DNA of 61,438 nucleotides, filler included, from Platydemus manokwari (Eukaryota): NCBI GenBank assembly GCA_037951405.1. It is 5 parts of 5 records of this genome, joined end to end, with 100 filler letters (N's around TTAATTAATTAA, not from the genome) between each part and the next. Parts side by side here need not be neighbours in the genome. Positions count along the whole stretch, not along the records: positions 1 to 9,396 come from JBBMOY011255207.1; positions 9,497 to 26,195 come from JBBMOY011151437.1; 3 more parts are not named here. One strand, 5' to 3'. Shown piece by piece: positions 1 to 12,348 of this stretch (position 1 is its first letter; each line of letters starts with the position of its first letter). The notes under the pieces were generated by a model. It saw only the letters and a program-made list of their open reading frames with translations, ran no database searches and was not told where the DNA came from. The position numbers and the translations under genes were made by a program.

Positions 1-240
1 TTATATATTAATAAATATAGAATATTATAATCAGAATAAGGGAACATAAAATCTACACTATAGAGTTTATATTTATTTAAGAAGACGCTAATAATATGAT
101 ATCTTATATATTTTTCTCATGTTTTGAAAAATCGAAAGCAAATACTTATTCACAATAATCTCTTAGAAAATAGTTAATTAAACTTGAACAATTTTTTTTA
201 ATATCTTTGTACATGGTTAACTAATAGTACTTTTTCAGTA

Positions 241-720
241 ATAAATCTCCCTCAGTTGATGTCAAATCAATATTAGAATCTAATGCAAATATTAAGTGAT
301 TATATTTAATAATTAGTTATAAAATTTTAAACAATCACTGGAAATATAAATTCAGGAAAAAATCTTCACCAGTTAATTAGAAATTAGTTTTACAATCCAA
401 TTCAAATATTAGTTATTTATATTTAATTAGCTGTTGTAAAATTTAAAAAATCAATGAAAATATATAAATTTAAGGAAACAATTTTAGTGTCTGATGTGAA
501 ATCAATTTTGCAATCCAATGCAAATATTAAGTAATTATTTAAATTTAATAAGGAAAGTTCCCAGGTTGATTTCGAATCAATATTACAATCAAATACAGAT
601 ATAGTTATTTTTAACCATTTTCCAGAGGGCGTTTTTAAACAATATTTTCAGAGAAAAAGCTTCATCAGTTATTGAGAAATCATTGGTTAACTCCAATCAA
701 AATATTATCAGATTATTTAA
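241..720. repeat. Degenerate tandem repeat, about five units, period ~75-120 bp
   Basis: A core resembling CAGTTGATGTGAAATCAATATTACAATCCAATGCAAATATTAAGTTATT recurs near 252, 369, 489, 562 and 665. The first two units align over ~118 bp. Confidence 0.65.
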
Positions 721-1951
721 TATATTATATAAACAAAATCAGCTGATTCACAAAACAAGCCGATTTTAATTAAATTGAAAACTTTTTGAATAATTATTAT
801 TATAAAAAATCCTGGAATAAAGTCTCGTTTAAAAATTCGGTAAAATATTAAATCTGATGACAGAAATGTGATGATATATTTATTGGTTATTTGATTTCTA
901 GTAGAACCGTTCCATTAACCGATCGATGTTAGAAATGTAAATAATTATTGAATAAATCATATTTATATCGTTAATGTTTATAGGGCGGTGACTTTATCAT
1001 CATTGGATAGTTCACGTTTATCAAAAGAAAGGTTGTTATTTAGTTAATTAAATAATCATATTGGCAATTTTAATTATCCATAAAAAATGAGCTCAGTTAA
1101 AATAACTTCTAGATTTTTTGGAAAAAATCATATCATTCAAAAAATTAATTAACGTTTTAAGACCTTTTTATCGGTATACCGACGAAAGAAAAAACACTAT
1201 AAAAAACTCCATGTCTGTCTCCATTCATAGTTAATCAAACTGGGGACTATCAAATTATTTTTAGCTGACTCTTATAATCTTTTATCAGATTTTTTTGTAC
1301 ATTATGTGACATCTTTTATCATCTATCTAGGCAACTAAGTTTCATAACATTTGTTAAAACTGTGAGGAAAATTTAAATAAACAAATTCAATAATAATTTA
1401 ATTAAAAAGTTTAAATAATTTTAATACTAATTTCAAAAATTAAAAAAAATATTTCGAAATTTTATTAAATTAATAAAAAAAATAACATTAAGTATTTTAA
1501 ATAATTTATATGTTTTAAAATATATATTTTTTATATATGCCTGATTAAGATTAGCAATAAAAGGTCTCTGGAAATTCGTTTAAAAAATGTTTGATTTGTT
1601 ACTATAAATAAATAAGTAACGAATATTGTTTGAATGAATTCTTCCATTGAATCTTCAAGTTTAAGCTAGGTAGCTACTACTAACAATAGCGATGTTAAAA
1701 AATTTAAATTAAATTTTTGCGGTTGTATTAAAAGAAATAAAATACTTTAAATGGTAATTTATGCTAAAATCAAGACAGCATTAATTTTAAGCGTTATGAT
1801 ATTAGTAGAATTACTTTGTGAAATTTTAACATATCAATATTGATAAAATTACAATATCTAGAAGTCCAAAAAAAACCAATCCATACCAAATCGATAGGTA
1901 AATTTATAAAATGTGCATCAATATCATTTTTATATGTAATCAATATTTCAG

Positions 1952-2406
1952 TGAGAAATTAGGAAGTTTGCTTGAAGATGTTGATAATTATCACGTTTAC
2001 AAACATATTCAAAAGTCCATTTATTTATAATTTGAAATATTTATTTTAATCTTGATTTATTCAGTCCAGTTGAAATTTCAGATAAACCGAGTTTTATCAA
2101 TAAAATGTTGTTTCATTTATGATTTAGAACAATTGTTATAAATCGTTCTAAACGTTTGAACATATTCAATAAAGATGACATAATTGTTGAAAATGGTAAT
2201 GGTTCAGATTTGTTTTTAGTGATTACATATGAACTGATTTCTATTTACATGAAGAAACCGAGACAGTTCCAAACTTAATGGATATGGTCGAATCGTGCAA
2301 TTATCGAAAATTGAATATGGGCATTCCCGATACAATGGATTCAATGAATGGATTCAATGGACAAGAGACAAAAAAATGTGGCATTTTCCCATAGATAGTG
2401 AACAAG
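1952..2406 (+). pseudogene. MRPS31: Fragment of mitochondrial ribosomal protein S31 (mS31), intron-containing, frameshifted
   Basis: Manual translation gives RSKRLNIFNKDD, then ETETVPNLMDMVESCNYRKLNMGIP, a frameshift, and YNGFNEWIQWTRDKKMWHFPIDSEQ followed by a GT donor at 2407. This matches the MRPS31 motifs KRLNIF and [23 protein letters not shown]. The following conserved exon (FHEHIFLE...) was not found. Confidence 0.75.
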
Positions 2407-2844
2407 GTTGCTTTGGTTTTTATCATTTAAAAATATAATATTATATAATAAGTTGAAAATGGGCATTAATTGATTCAATTATTCAATTGAAAATCACAAA
2501 AGATTTGTTTGATATTCTCTATGATTTATAAGATAGCTGTAAGAAATCGTCTGCAATAAAACATATCGGAACACTAAATTTAGAAAGAGAAACATAGCAA
2601 GCTTATATTTTATATGGTGATGTCTTTACATAAAAATTTAGCATAAAATAAGCCATAATTTCCATGCTAAAACTAGAGGATGCATTCCAATACCAGAGAA
2701 AGCCGTATTTATTTATCCATTCTATGTGCACATGTAACTGGATTCTAAATAATTTATTTTACTTTTGATATGCCGCATCTTTCCCAGATAAGCCCCGCCA
2801 AAAAGTTAACCTTCCGTCACTCAAAAAAGATTATAAAAAAGATC

Positions 2845-3319
2845 TATCCAAAAATCCACTTCTAGGAAAAGACTCGCCCTGGGTGGTTTTTACTGCGAGA
2901 TATTAGTGTTTCATCGATTTTGACGTGTACATCTGGGTCACCGACTATTGTTGGAATCTGCGAAAGTCGCTAGGGCCAAATTTTGCGAAGAAAGTTCTTC
3001 CAAGAAACAGCGGTTGTGTGGTCAATAGATAATTCCTCTGAGCAGAATTTGATTGTTGCCAGATTTTTGGACCAGGGATAAATAAATAGAATTACTGTTC
3101 TTAACTCCATCCTAGACCGCTCCAACCAAGTTCCCTTTCGAAGAGCAATATCTTGCCGACACTGTCGGGCATTACACCTCTACATGCCAGACACAGTTTA
3201 AAATGTCATTTGGTAGCCATTATTGCATAAACGTTGTTGATGAATCACTCCATGAGTTTGCAAAAATGTATTGCCGTCTCCTTGTCATGAACGAAAGCCG
3301 AAAGCGTAAGAAAGTTCAT
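2845..3319 (-). mobile_element. Merlin (IS1595/ISXO2-like) DDE transposase pseudogene
   Basis: Minus-strand translation with frameshift and stops: MNFLTLSAFVHDKETAIHF/LQTHGVIHQQRLCNNG...RCNARQCRQDIALRKGTWLERSRMELRTVILFIYPWS...SWKNFLRKIW...IVGDPDVHVKIDETLISRSKNHPGRVFS*KWIFG. This is the Merlin Zn ribbon plus the G-x4-V-x-IDE...R-x-K-x3-GR-x5-W-x-FG signature. Confidence 0.85.
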
Positions 3320-4887
3320 TTCTGGCTGTACGTCCGAACCTAGAAAATTATTTGCACAAAATGAGTTGTTTATATGGGGTGAGCAAATGTCTAGTCATCA
3401 GAAATAGTTAATTGCGTGTTTGCATTAAATTGGACCAAGAAAAGGGTGGCGGGGTTTAACGCTTATTAAATAAATTGAAAAGAATCGCTTAGTTTCTAGG
3501 TTCTTCATTGGATTTCATGTTCAGTCTTTTTATACAATCAATGGCACTAGGCTTTATCTCAAATTAGCCCTATGCTTGTTAGAGCCAATGGAGCCTCACG
3601 CCAATCAAATTAATTTCGACTATTAATCCTGTCTTCTGTCAAAGAGTGAGTATATCAAACATTTTATTGATGGAATTTGGTGTTTATAAATTCTGTTATA
3701 GATACTGAAAGGTTGGCTTATTAACGAATTCCACAAATTTCCGACTCTTAGTCACTGTTCGTGTCTATAATCAAATTAAATATAATAAATCAGTCCAATA
3801 TTATTAAATAAAGTACAATTAAATCTAAGTCCGGATTATTTGTTGATTGAGGTGATGCATCGGAGACGTTAAATCACTAATGTTAGGAACAATTATCGCT
3901 ATTGACATGCAAATCTTGGGGAAAAGGAGGCCTAGAAATATTTATTTTAGAAAGCAGTCAAATATTCCTTGGCATCGTTGACACGTTTTATAATTGATTA
4001 ATCCAATTTTAGACATTAGTGCTATTAAATGTTTACCCATGGCTGAAGCTGTTGTTTCAAATTGTCTGAAAATATTATTTTACTACTATAAAAGACGCGT
4101 TATATACCTTTATTTTCTTTTTTTCGTTCTTGATTCTTATCGACCCTTGTGATTTATTAATTTTTATTCTCCCGTTACCACGTGTTGAGATTTAGGATCT
4201 TTGATTGACTTATATATGTGAGTTCTATATTCTACCGGTTGAAGCACAATGTCAATCCGGTAGGTGCTCCTATATCCTTATTCAACAAACAAATATTAAT
4301 AAGCAATGATAACAATGAAATTCAATTAATCTTAAAATCAATTAATCTTAATTAATTTGATTACACAACGAACAAAGACACCATTAAAGTTTTGCTAAAC
4401 TATAATGGAGGTGCCCCGAGCACTAATCTAGGTTACTGACCGAGGGACTACTCCTGGGCTTACAAATATTATCACAAATACGTAACGCTCATCTCTTAGG
4501 TTCTGGTTTACTATTCTTTTGTGTAATCTGAAATATCTGAGTTCAATAAAACAAAATGATATGGTAATTTTATTGGCCTCTTATGACTTTTCTGTTTCAT
4601 TCTTGAATTCTTCTTCAAATATTCTATTTGATCTCTGTAATCAATTTGTCACAAGCCCTGGCTAATGGTAATCTTCATCTGATTGCTTCAGTATTTATAT
4701 CGATTTACTTGCACCACTGCGCAGTTAAATTTTATTCCCGATGAATGTTATTTTAAAATGTTACAAAATATTTGTCAATTTTAATTTGATTTTTAATTTT
4801 ATTTCAAAAATAACATTCTTAGCATTCTTTAGTTATATGAAATTTAATTATTAGTATTAAGATAAGAACTATGCATTTTCATTTTAT

Positions 4888-5890
4888 TACTAAATATTTT
4901 AATTATTAAAAATAGGATATTTGGTTTTTCACATTTTACAATTTCCTGGATTGTTTGTTCTTGTGCTTTTATTATTAAAAATTAATTCTTAATTTTATTA
5001 CCAGTCTTTTATATTCATATTATTATTGCTTTTTGGATTTGTTACTTTTCGATTTTCTAGGAATTTGAATTCAACCCAGTAGATAATGGAAATATGCGAA
5101 ACACTTCCGTATAAATATGCGACTTAACAGGAAGATATTTTAATTGAATCTTTCATTAAGTGTAATTGGCATTAACTCTTTTAAGCTTGTTGACAAAGCG
5201 TCGTCAAACTAGAGCTATGTATTGTTTCAACAGCTTTTGTTGGAGGGTTCTTTTTTGTCTTTTCAAATGTGCAATAATTCGGAAACTTAAAGATAAAATA
5301 ATAATTTTCAAATAAAAATTGGCGATAGTGCTATCACCTCTCATTGTTAAAAATAAAACAGTTTGAAAGCTGTGGCTGTTTCGTTCCAGAATTAAACAAT
5401 AGTATCACACGAATAAACCACTTTTCCGACATCAAATTATAAGTCTAATCATTGATAATGATTGATCGAATAATATTTTATATTAATTAAATAACTTCTA
5501 TAGCGCTATCGATATCATTTTTATGTATTCCAACTCTCATCAACATATGTTGTGGTCGTTCTACAATTTGATTATTGATTTTTCAAAGACATACAGCTTT
5601 TAAGGTCTAATAAATATATAGTTCATCAATAGAAGTTAAATAAAATTACTTTAATTCCGAAATATTCAATATAATAATCACGATCGTAATTCAAAACATT
5701 CTTCATTTTAGTAGCATGATTTCGAATACATTCATATAATTTCATTTAATTTCTAAATATTTTAATTATTAAAAATAGGATATTTGGTTTTTCACATTTC
5801 CTGCGTTGTTTGTTCTTGTGCTTTTATTATTAATAATTCATTTTTAATTTTATTAGTCTTTTATATTCATATTATTGTTTTTTTGGATCT
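4888..5890 (+). repeat. ~150-bp direct repeats (4888-5040 and 5753-5890) bracketing RRM1 fragment copy 1
   Basis: Both copies read TAAATATTTT(T)AATTATTAAAAATAGGATATTTGGTTTTTCACATTT...TTGTTTGTTCTTGTGCTTTTATTATT...AGTCTTTTATATTCATATTATT. Confidence 0.8.
5325..5742 (-). pseudogene. RRM1: Ribonucleotide reductase large subunit fragment, copy 1 (three exon pieces, two introns)
   Basis: Exons ~5742-5650, 5606-5496 and 5444-~5325 with GT-AG introns 5649-5607 and 5495-5445. Translation: KLYECIRNHATKMKNVLNYDRDY/YFGIK|[36 protein letters not shown]|[11 protein letters not shown]... It matches RRM1 [62 protein letters not shown]. Stops and frameshifts are present. Confidence 0.88.
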
Positions 5891-8499
5891 TGTCAATTTT
5901 GTTGTAATTGTTATTATCGTTATTACTATCGGTGCCTTCTGGTTACTGTCCGTAATTTAATCAATCTCCGTAGTTGTGATGACCCAAGAAAAAATGTATC
6001 CATGATTCTTTCATTAGTTGGCTCCCTGCATTAGTGGTCTCAAAATAATTGTGGTTTGGAATTTATCAACATATTTATTATTATTTTTATATTAAACCGA
6101 TCGTATTTTTAAATTACTCACGCATCTTTACTTTCAATTAATGAATGTTGTTTTGCGCAAGGGTAATTCTTGAAAGTGGATTAAATATTAATGAAAATTA
6201 AATATATAGAGGTTAGACTATTGCAATATTATTGGATTTATCAATTATGCATTAACCGTCATATTATATAATTATCGGGTTTATTTATTGCAATTATTAT
6301 TGCTATTTCTCATTATAATTATAAAATGTCATTTAGTTTATTAGTTTTATTATTGAACTATTATTTCGATTATAACTTTTAGGTCTGATAAGTGTTGTGA
6401 GCCCTTGGGATATCGCGACCCTTAATCTTATTTGTTCTTACACTCTAATTTGAATATAATGAGAACGGTGTAATAGTGTATTAATTATTATTATCATTAT
6501 TTTTACTTTAATATTAACAACTTTCAATTCTAAAAAGGTAATAAAATGATATTCTAATGATTTTTACTACAAATGAATTATGAGCCTTAAGCCTACAATG
6601 GCTAATAATCGAGTAACTATGCTTGTCATTAAACGTTTTTTATTATAACAAATTTGTTTATCCTCTGAATATCAAATGTGTAGAAGCTTCTCTTTCTAAA
6701 CAGAATCGTTGTGAATCTTCTTAGTTTAGATGCGGCACTGAAACTAATGGGTAGATTTATGATGTTATCAATATATCTTCGCTCGTTCCCAAAGGGGTTT
6801 TTATTGCAGATTGAATGCTAACAAATTCTTCTAAGAAAATATTAGGATAATGGTAGTGTTGGGTTGTAGGTGATGTTTAAATGTTGTTCTGTCAACTCAA
6901 CAGTGTCAGTTCCTTTGTTATATTTTAAATCAATAAATCAATGACATTCTAATTCACTAAAAAACTTTATTTATAGTAAAAACCAATTTACACACAAAAA
7001 TTTAGCTCAAACAATTTGACTCAAGCTAACAAATTTATATAGACAAATGAGTGAGGTTATCTCACAGAGACCGTGAGAACCCAAGCTAGTAGCTTATGAA
7101 TTTATTATAGATTTTATATGTTATATTAACTCCAAAGGCGGATCATTTAGAGTGTGGGTATACTTTGTTTATCTTTACTCAAAAAATATATAATTATATT
7201 ATTGTTGATCCTTTACCGTTTAAAATTTCGTTCCAATTTTTGATTAAAGAAAATATCTCTGTCGTATAAAATTTCGTTTCAGCATTATTAAAAGATACCA
7301 CTGTATCGTATTTTGTCGAGAGTAAATTGTGATGGAAATCCATCAGCTTATATAGATGCTGAGATTCGGTACTTTGTACCTAGGATTTTCCTTCATCCTT
7401 GTAAATTTTAACCATTATTTTACCTTAGACCCTAAATATTTATATTTTTAAAAGTTCTTAGTCTTAAAATTTTTATTAAATTGTCTGACCTTAAAAATTT
7501 TATTATCAAACAATTAACCTTGGAAATTAAATTTCTTTTTCATTCTCTGTCTTATTCCTTATCTGACTTATAAATTATATATATATTGCATATCTGATTA
7601 TCATAATATTTTTTTTGTTCCGTCTTTTAATGTCATTTATTTTTTACATGATTACATATCATAAAAAATAATTACATATCATAATACTACAAGTTCTGCA
7701 CAAATCAAAATTGAAAGATGCAAAGTTAAAGAGTCAAAATCTTGATCAAGTTATTTAAAATTCAAATAACCATAAAAGTCATTAGAAATTGTCTGGATTG
7801 TATTGTCGAATTTTCAAATGAATTGGATTGTCGGATTTTTGAGATTGTTTGTCGCAGATTCCGATTCGAATTCTTGCTGACATCAGGCATCCAAATCTAC
7901 ACTCCAGCTTTGGGTGACTCAAGTTTCCCACTTTGGATTTGGCTTTATAGGTTTGATGGAAATTGGTATAGCGGTGTTCTTGGCATTTTAAACACGGGTT
8001 ATATGAATTCTTTAGGTAGTTTGATCGCGGGTTTCTGGGGTGGTTGCTATTGTTTTTCCCTCTATTCACCATAAGAAATAATAATGAAAGAAGCTTTTTT
8101 GCTTTTCTCACTGTCTGAGTAGAGCACTAGTCGTTCTATGTTGTTTTCCTAACAGTAGTTTCCCCAGCATCAAATAAGGTGATGAAGATATTATTTACCT
8201 GGTAGGCCTATTGATCATTGTTTATTTCTTTTACTAAAATGAGTGCCAGGTAATTTAAAGCTCATATTTAGCTTTGTTCCGCTTCTATTTCTACTGAGTA
8301 ATATTCCATAGGCTATTTTATTCTCGAAAAGTTAATAATTGCATACATTTTTATTAATTTCAATGTATTATAGCAGTTAATTTTTGTTAGTGAATGTAAA
8401 AATGGGAATTGCGAATAAAATTTTTTTATTTTTGTCTTTTCAAATGTGCAATAATGCGGAAAATTAAAGATAAAATAATAATTATCAAATAAAAAATTG

Positions 8500-8768
8500 G
8501 CGATAGTTCTATCACCTCTCATTGTGAAAAGAAAAAAACTTGAAAGCTGTGGTCGTTTCGATAAAGAATTAAACAATGACGGCGTCGCATGAATAAACCA
8601 CTTTTCCGACATAAGCTATAAGTCTAATCATTGATAATGATTGATGGAATAATATTTTATATTAATTAAATAACTTCTATAGCTCTATCGATATCATTTT
8701 TATGTATTCCAATGGCAATTCTCATCAACATATGTGTTGGGCGTTCTACAATTTGATGTTTGATTTTG
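8500..8768 (-). pseudogene. RRM1: Ribonucleotide reductase large subunit fragment, copy 2
   Basis: [31 protein letters not shown], intron 8674-8624, then [38 protein letters not shown] (overlaps ORF 8313..8612). Compare RRM1 [30 protein letters not shown]. It is part of a direct repeat of 5252-5583. Confidence 0.88.
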
Positions 8769-9396
8769 TTGGAGTTATATTGTAGTAATTGGTGTGAGCA
8801 GTGTAATCGTTTTATCCCAACGTATGCGTGTTCTATTATTTTAGGAATAATATTATATAATTAATATAAATACTACGACACTTGACTCTAAAGGTGCGGT
8901 GTATAACTACAACAAAGAATAATAACTAATTTGATTTATAATATGTATTATGAGTAAATTAATAATGTGAAACAATGATATACAATTAAATAATGTGATG
9001 AATAACCAGGCAATGGATGGGGAGGTTCGCGCTTACTTATTGAATTTTACAGACTTTGCAGATAGAGTGATAATAATTTTTCTGGTATCTTATGGGTAAT
9101 TCTGCAAGAGCCCTTAACTAATAATATTATTGGAGGTTAGGCCTACTTGGAACCGTAACCCCAGTTACTAAATTTGAGACAAAATTTATTTGTTTAAAGA
9201 AAGTTACTTCTAGTTGAACTGGGTTCAATCTGGAATTTTTATGTTTCGGCTGTTAGATGATTATTTTATTGAAATTACTTTTCAAAGATTACAGTATAAG
9301 AATGAATAAAATTCTTCCTGAACAACAGGATCTGTTGTTAATAAACATTAATAATTATGTTATAGTATCGTAAAAATCAAATATGAGTTTACTATG

Positions 9397-9496
9397 NNNN
9401 NNNNNNNNNNNNNNNNNNNNNNNNNNNNNNNNNNNNNNNNTTAATTAATTAANNNNNNNNNNNNNNNNNNNNNNNNNNNNNNNNNNNNNNNNNNNN
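9397..9496. other. Assembly gap / artificial contig linker
   Basis: 44 N + TTAATTAATTAA (9441-9452; stops in all six frames) + 44 N. Confidence 0.98.
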
Positions 9497-11910
9497 TTGT
9501 TTTATCAGATAATTATGTTGACGTGTTGATTAATAGCTTGTGATCATATTTTTCAATTCTAATCTACTCGAATCATTGTGTTTTGGTGACTGGTCAGTGA
9601 TGCTTATATATAATTTTCTTAACCGCAATTCAATCTCTATCTTTCTTTTGAATTTCTACACGAAACATTCTATTACTAATTTTATTTATTGATAATTCCC
9701 ATTTTTTTATTTCTTGATTATAAATAATCACATTTAAAATGAGAATAAAATTGGATGAGAGACATAAATTGGTAAATCAGAAAATTACTATATAACTTTA
9801 TAATATTTAAAAATAGTAAATATACACAAAAATCGAAAAAATTAAAAATTAAAGAATAAAGGAAAATTTAAAACATATGGAGACAGAATAAACGATAAAT
9901 GTTTTGGGAATTTCTGTATTTTTTTGAATCTTGTTGTATTTTAATTTTCCTAAATAAATCTTACAAATATCAATACAATTACGTCTATTATTTCGCTATT
10001 TACATTGAATTAATAATAACCACATTAATTTATTGTTGTGTACGCTTAGTACCTACCAAAATTGCTGAAGTGGTTCAAATAATCCTTATTGAAACATTCA
10101 ATAATTTATATAGATGTAATCTTTAGATAATTCTGTAATTTCTCCGTTAACTTCGTCCTCATACAGGTTATAAAAGCCCTGTGTATAAAAGTGTTATAAA
10201 AGCTCTTCGTGTAAGATAATGGAAACACAAACCATAAAAATCAATTATAATATACTTGATTAAAAATGCTTTTGATTATTGCATGAGTTACTTTTCGGCA
10301 TGGAAAATGGTAAAAAATTAATTTGTTAAATAATCAATGTACACAGCTCAAGTTGTCAACTCGTCAGATTTAACTGCGAAGTTTGATCAACTTGAATAAG
10401 CAATTTTGTTAAATATTGACAATTTGAAAAATAGGCAGAAGAAATGATTTTAAACCCATTTATATCGCTATGTTAAGTTTTTGTATATTTTACTGTTATT
10501 ACTTTCCATCAATTCGTCAAAACCATACGATAAATATAACCCATCTATCTTATTAATAAATACGGACTTTTGTAAGATTTTTTATTAAAAGCGCAATCAA
10601 ATATATATTTTTTATGGGTGCTTTCATTGACTTTATAGATTTATAGTTAATTTATTTTAGGAATTTGATTATTAGTTTATTGTTCTATTTACTATTCAAT
10701 TTTTAATTTTATTACTAACCTAGATCTAATAAACTGTTGGGTTTGCTGACGTTATTGATTTATTATAAAATTTATCCAAATAAGTTGAATGTTTACTGAG
10801 ATATAAATGAGGGATGCAGCACTATCAATATATTGAGTTCTGTTAAATTGATGTGCTTCAATTGATGAAAATATAGTTATAGGTTTGTATTTTCCTGGTA
10901 ATCTTGAATGCTTTCCATATTACGTTTTCTTAAAATAATTTTAAAAATCTTGGATATCATTCCATTTCGTTCTAATATTAATAAAGAGGTCCTCGCTAAT
11001 TTATAATAAATTGAATTCTTAACTACTTTAACAAATTTTCCAAATAATTAATTTTTAAAATTTTTTTCAAATACAAAAATCAAAATGTTTTTAAATCAAA
11101 TAATTAAATAAACGGCTAAAAATATAAGAGTCCTAAAATGAAATTTTAAATCAGTTAAGTGCATTGCAAAATTCTAATTAGTTTAAAAAATTATATATTT
11201 TAAAAACCTTAGCTTAGGAAAAACTTTAGTTGTTTGAACAAAATATTAAATAAACTAGAGCTTCAAAATCTCCAAAAATTTGATTATTTGCAATTTATTG
11301 AAAATCATAGCGAACCCCTTTTATAACATAAGAAGCAAATTAAGAAACAAATTACTTTATAACAATAAGCAATGATATTATTAATATTAAACATATCTGT
11401 AATTAACTAACTCGATTTATAATTACAAAAATTTTAATTTAAAAACTCGAATAATCATGTAGCAGTGTTGCTATTAGAATGAGAACTTGGTTTTTAAACT
11501 GTTTTGTCACTATTAGACATTTTCGAAAACAAGATAATTGCTGAACTTTAAAAATAAATAAAAAATAGCAGTTATATATAAAATTATATATAAAATAAAT
11601 TATAAAATTCATTATAACGAATTAGATCAAAGGAACCTGTTCTTTAACTTAAGCCAAAAAACTATATGGATCATCTATTCCATTGAGTGGGATTAAAATA
11701 GAAAAGATTCTTCAATGTTGCACTACAATCTGATTTCAACTGAGCATACTGTAAATTATAAATAAAAAAACCACTAAATAGAATAGATTGTCTATGCCTG
11801 TTCTAGACAGTAAAATTTATGACAAATGCCGAACGATAATAATAATAATAATCATACTTTTAAAAAAAGAATTTATCACAAGTATATCAATATTTATTAA
11901 TCTCTTTCAC

Positions 11911-12214
11911 TCAAGCACATATTAATTCACAACTCCAATTTATATCATCACATTTAGCGCAAGCGTTCAAAAAGCTAGTGCAGGTCCGACATTTGCTGCC
12001 TTTTTGAGAACATTCGGTGTAGCATGACGTTGGTTCAGATGCTTCAAAACTAAGCAGCATCGATGATATTAACAAACAAGTAATAAGGAATGTCTGAAAT
12101 AAAAATTGAACTTCATATTGAATAAATCTTTCTATCATCATAGATAGATTATAATTTATTTAACATTTATAAATCTCATAGCAATAAAAATCAATATCAA
12201 ACCTTTGCAATCAT
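11911..12214 (-). CDS. Small secreted cysteine-rich peptide, 64 aa, two coding exons (12214-12203, 12093-11911)
   Basis: ATG ATT GCA AAG|gt at 12214-12201 and a tttttatttcag acceptor ending at 12094 join in frame to give MIAKTFLITCLLISSMLLSFEASEPTSCYTECSQKGSKCRTCTSFLNACAKCDDINWSCELICA*. The N-terminus is hydrophobic and signal-peptide-like, and 8 Cys follow it. A TATA box lies upstream and an AATAAA ~15 nt after the stop. Confidence 0.75.
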
Positions 12215-12340
12215 TACCAAAAAACGAAAGAATAATATAATTTATTTAGAATTTGATTATTTAAATTCATATTAAAATTTCATTTGCAGAAAATGTCCCT
12301 ATTAAAATACAAATGGTCATACAACTCTCTACGATATCAT

Positions 12341-12348
12341 TATTTATA
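12341..12348 (-). promoter_or_regulatory. Candidate TATA box of the Cys-rich peptide gene
   Basis: TATAAATA on the minus strand ~127 nt upstream of the ATG. The background is AT-rich, so this is weak on its own. Confidence 0.4.

Noticed and set aside
241-720. Repeat-spacer arrangement reminiscent of a CRISPR array
   Set aside because: Eukaryotic context, degenerate repeats, spacers related to each other, and no cas genes.
2707-2746. SRIYLSILCAHVTG resembling a Helitron Rep motif on the plus strand
   Set aside because: Too short, no neighbouring Rep motifs, and it lies next to the Merlin remnant.
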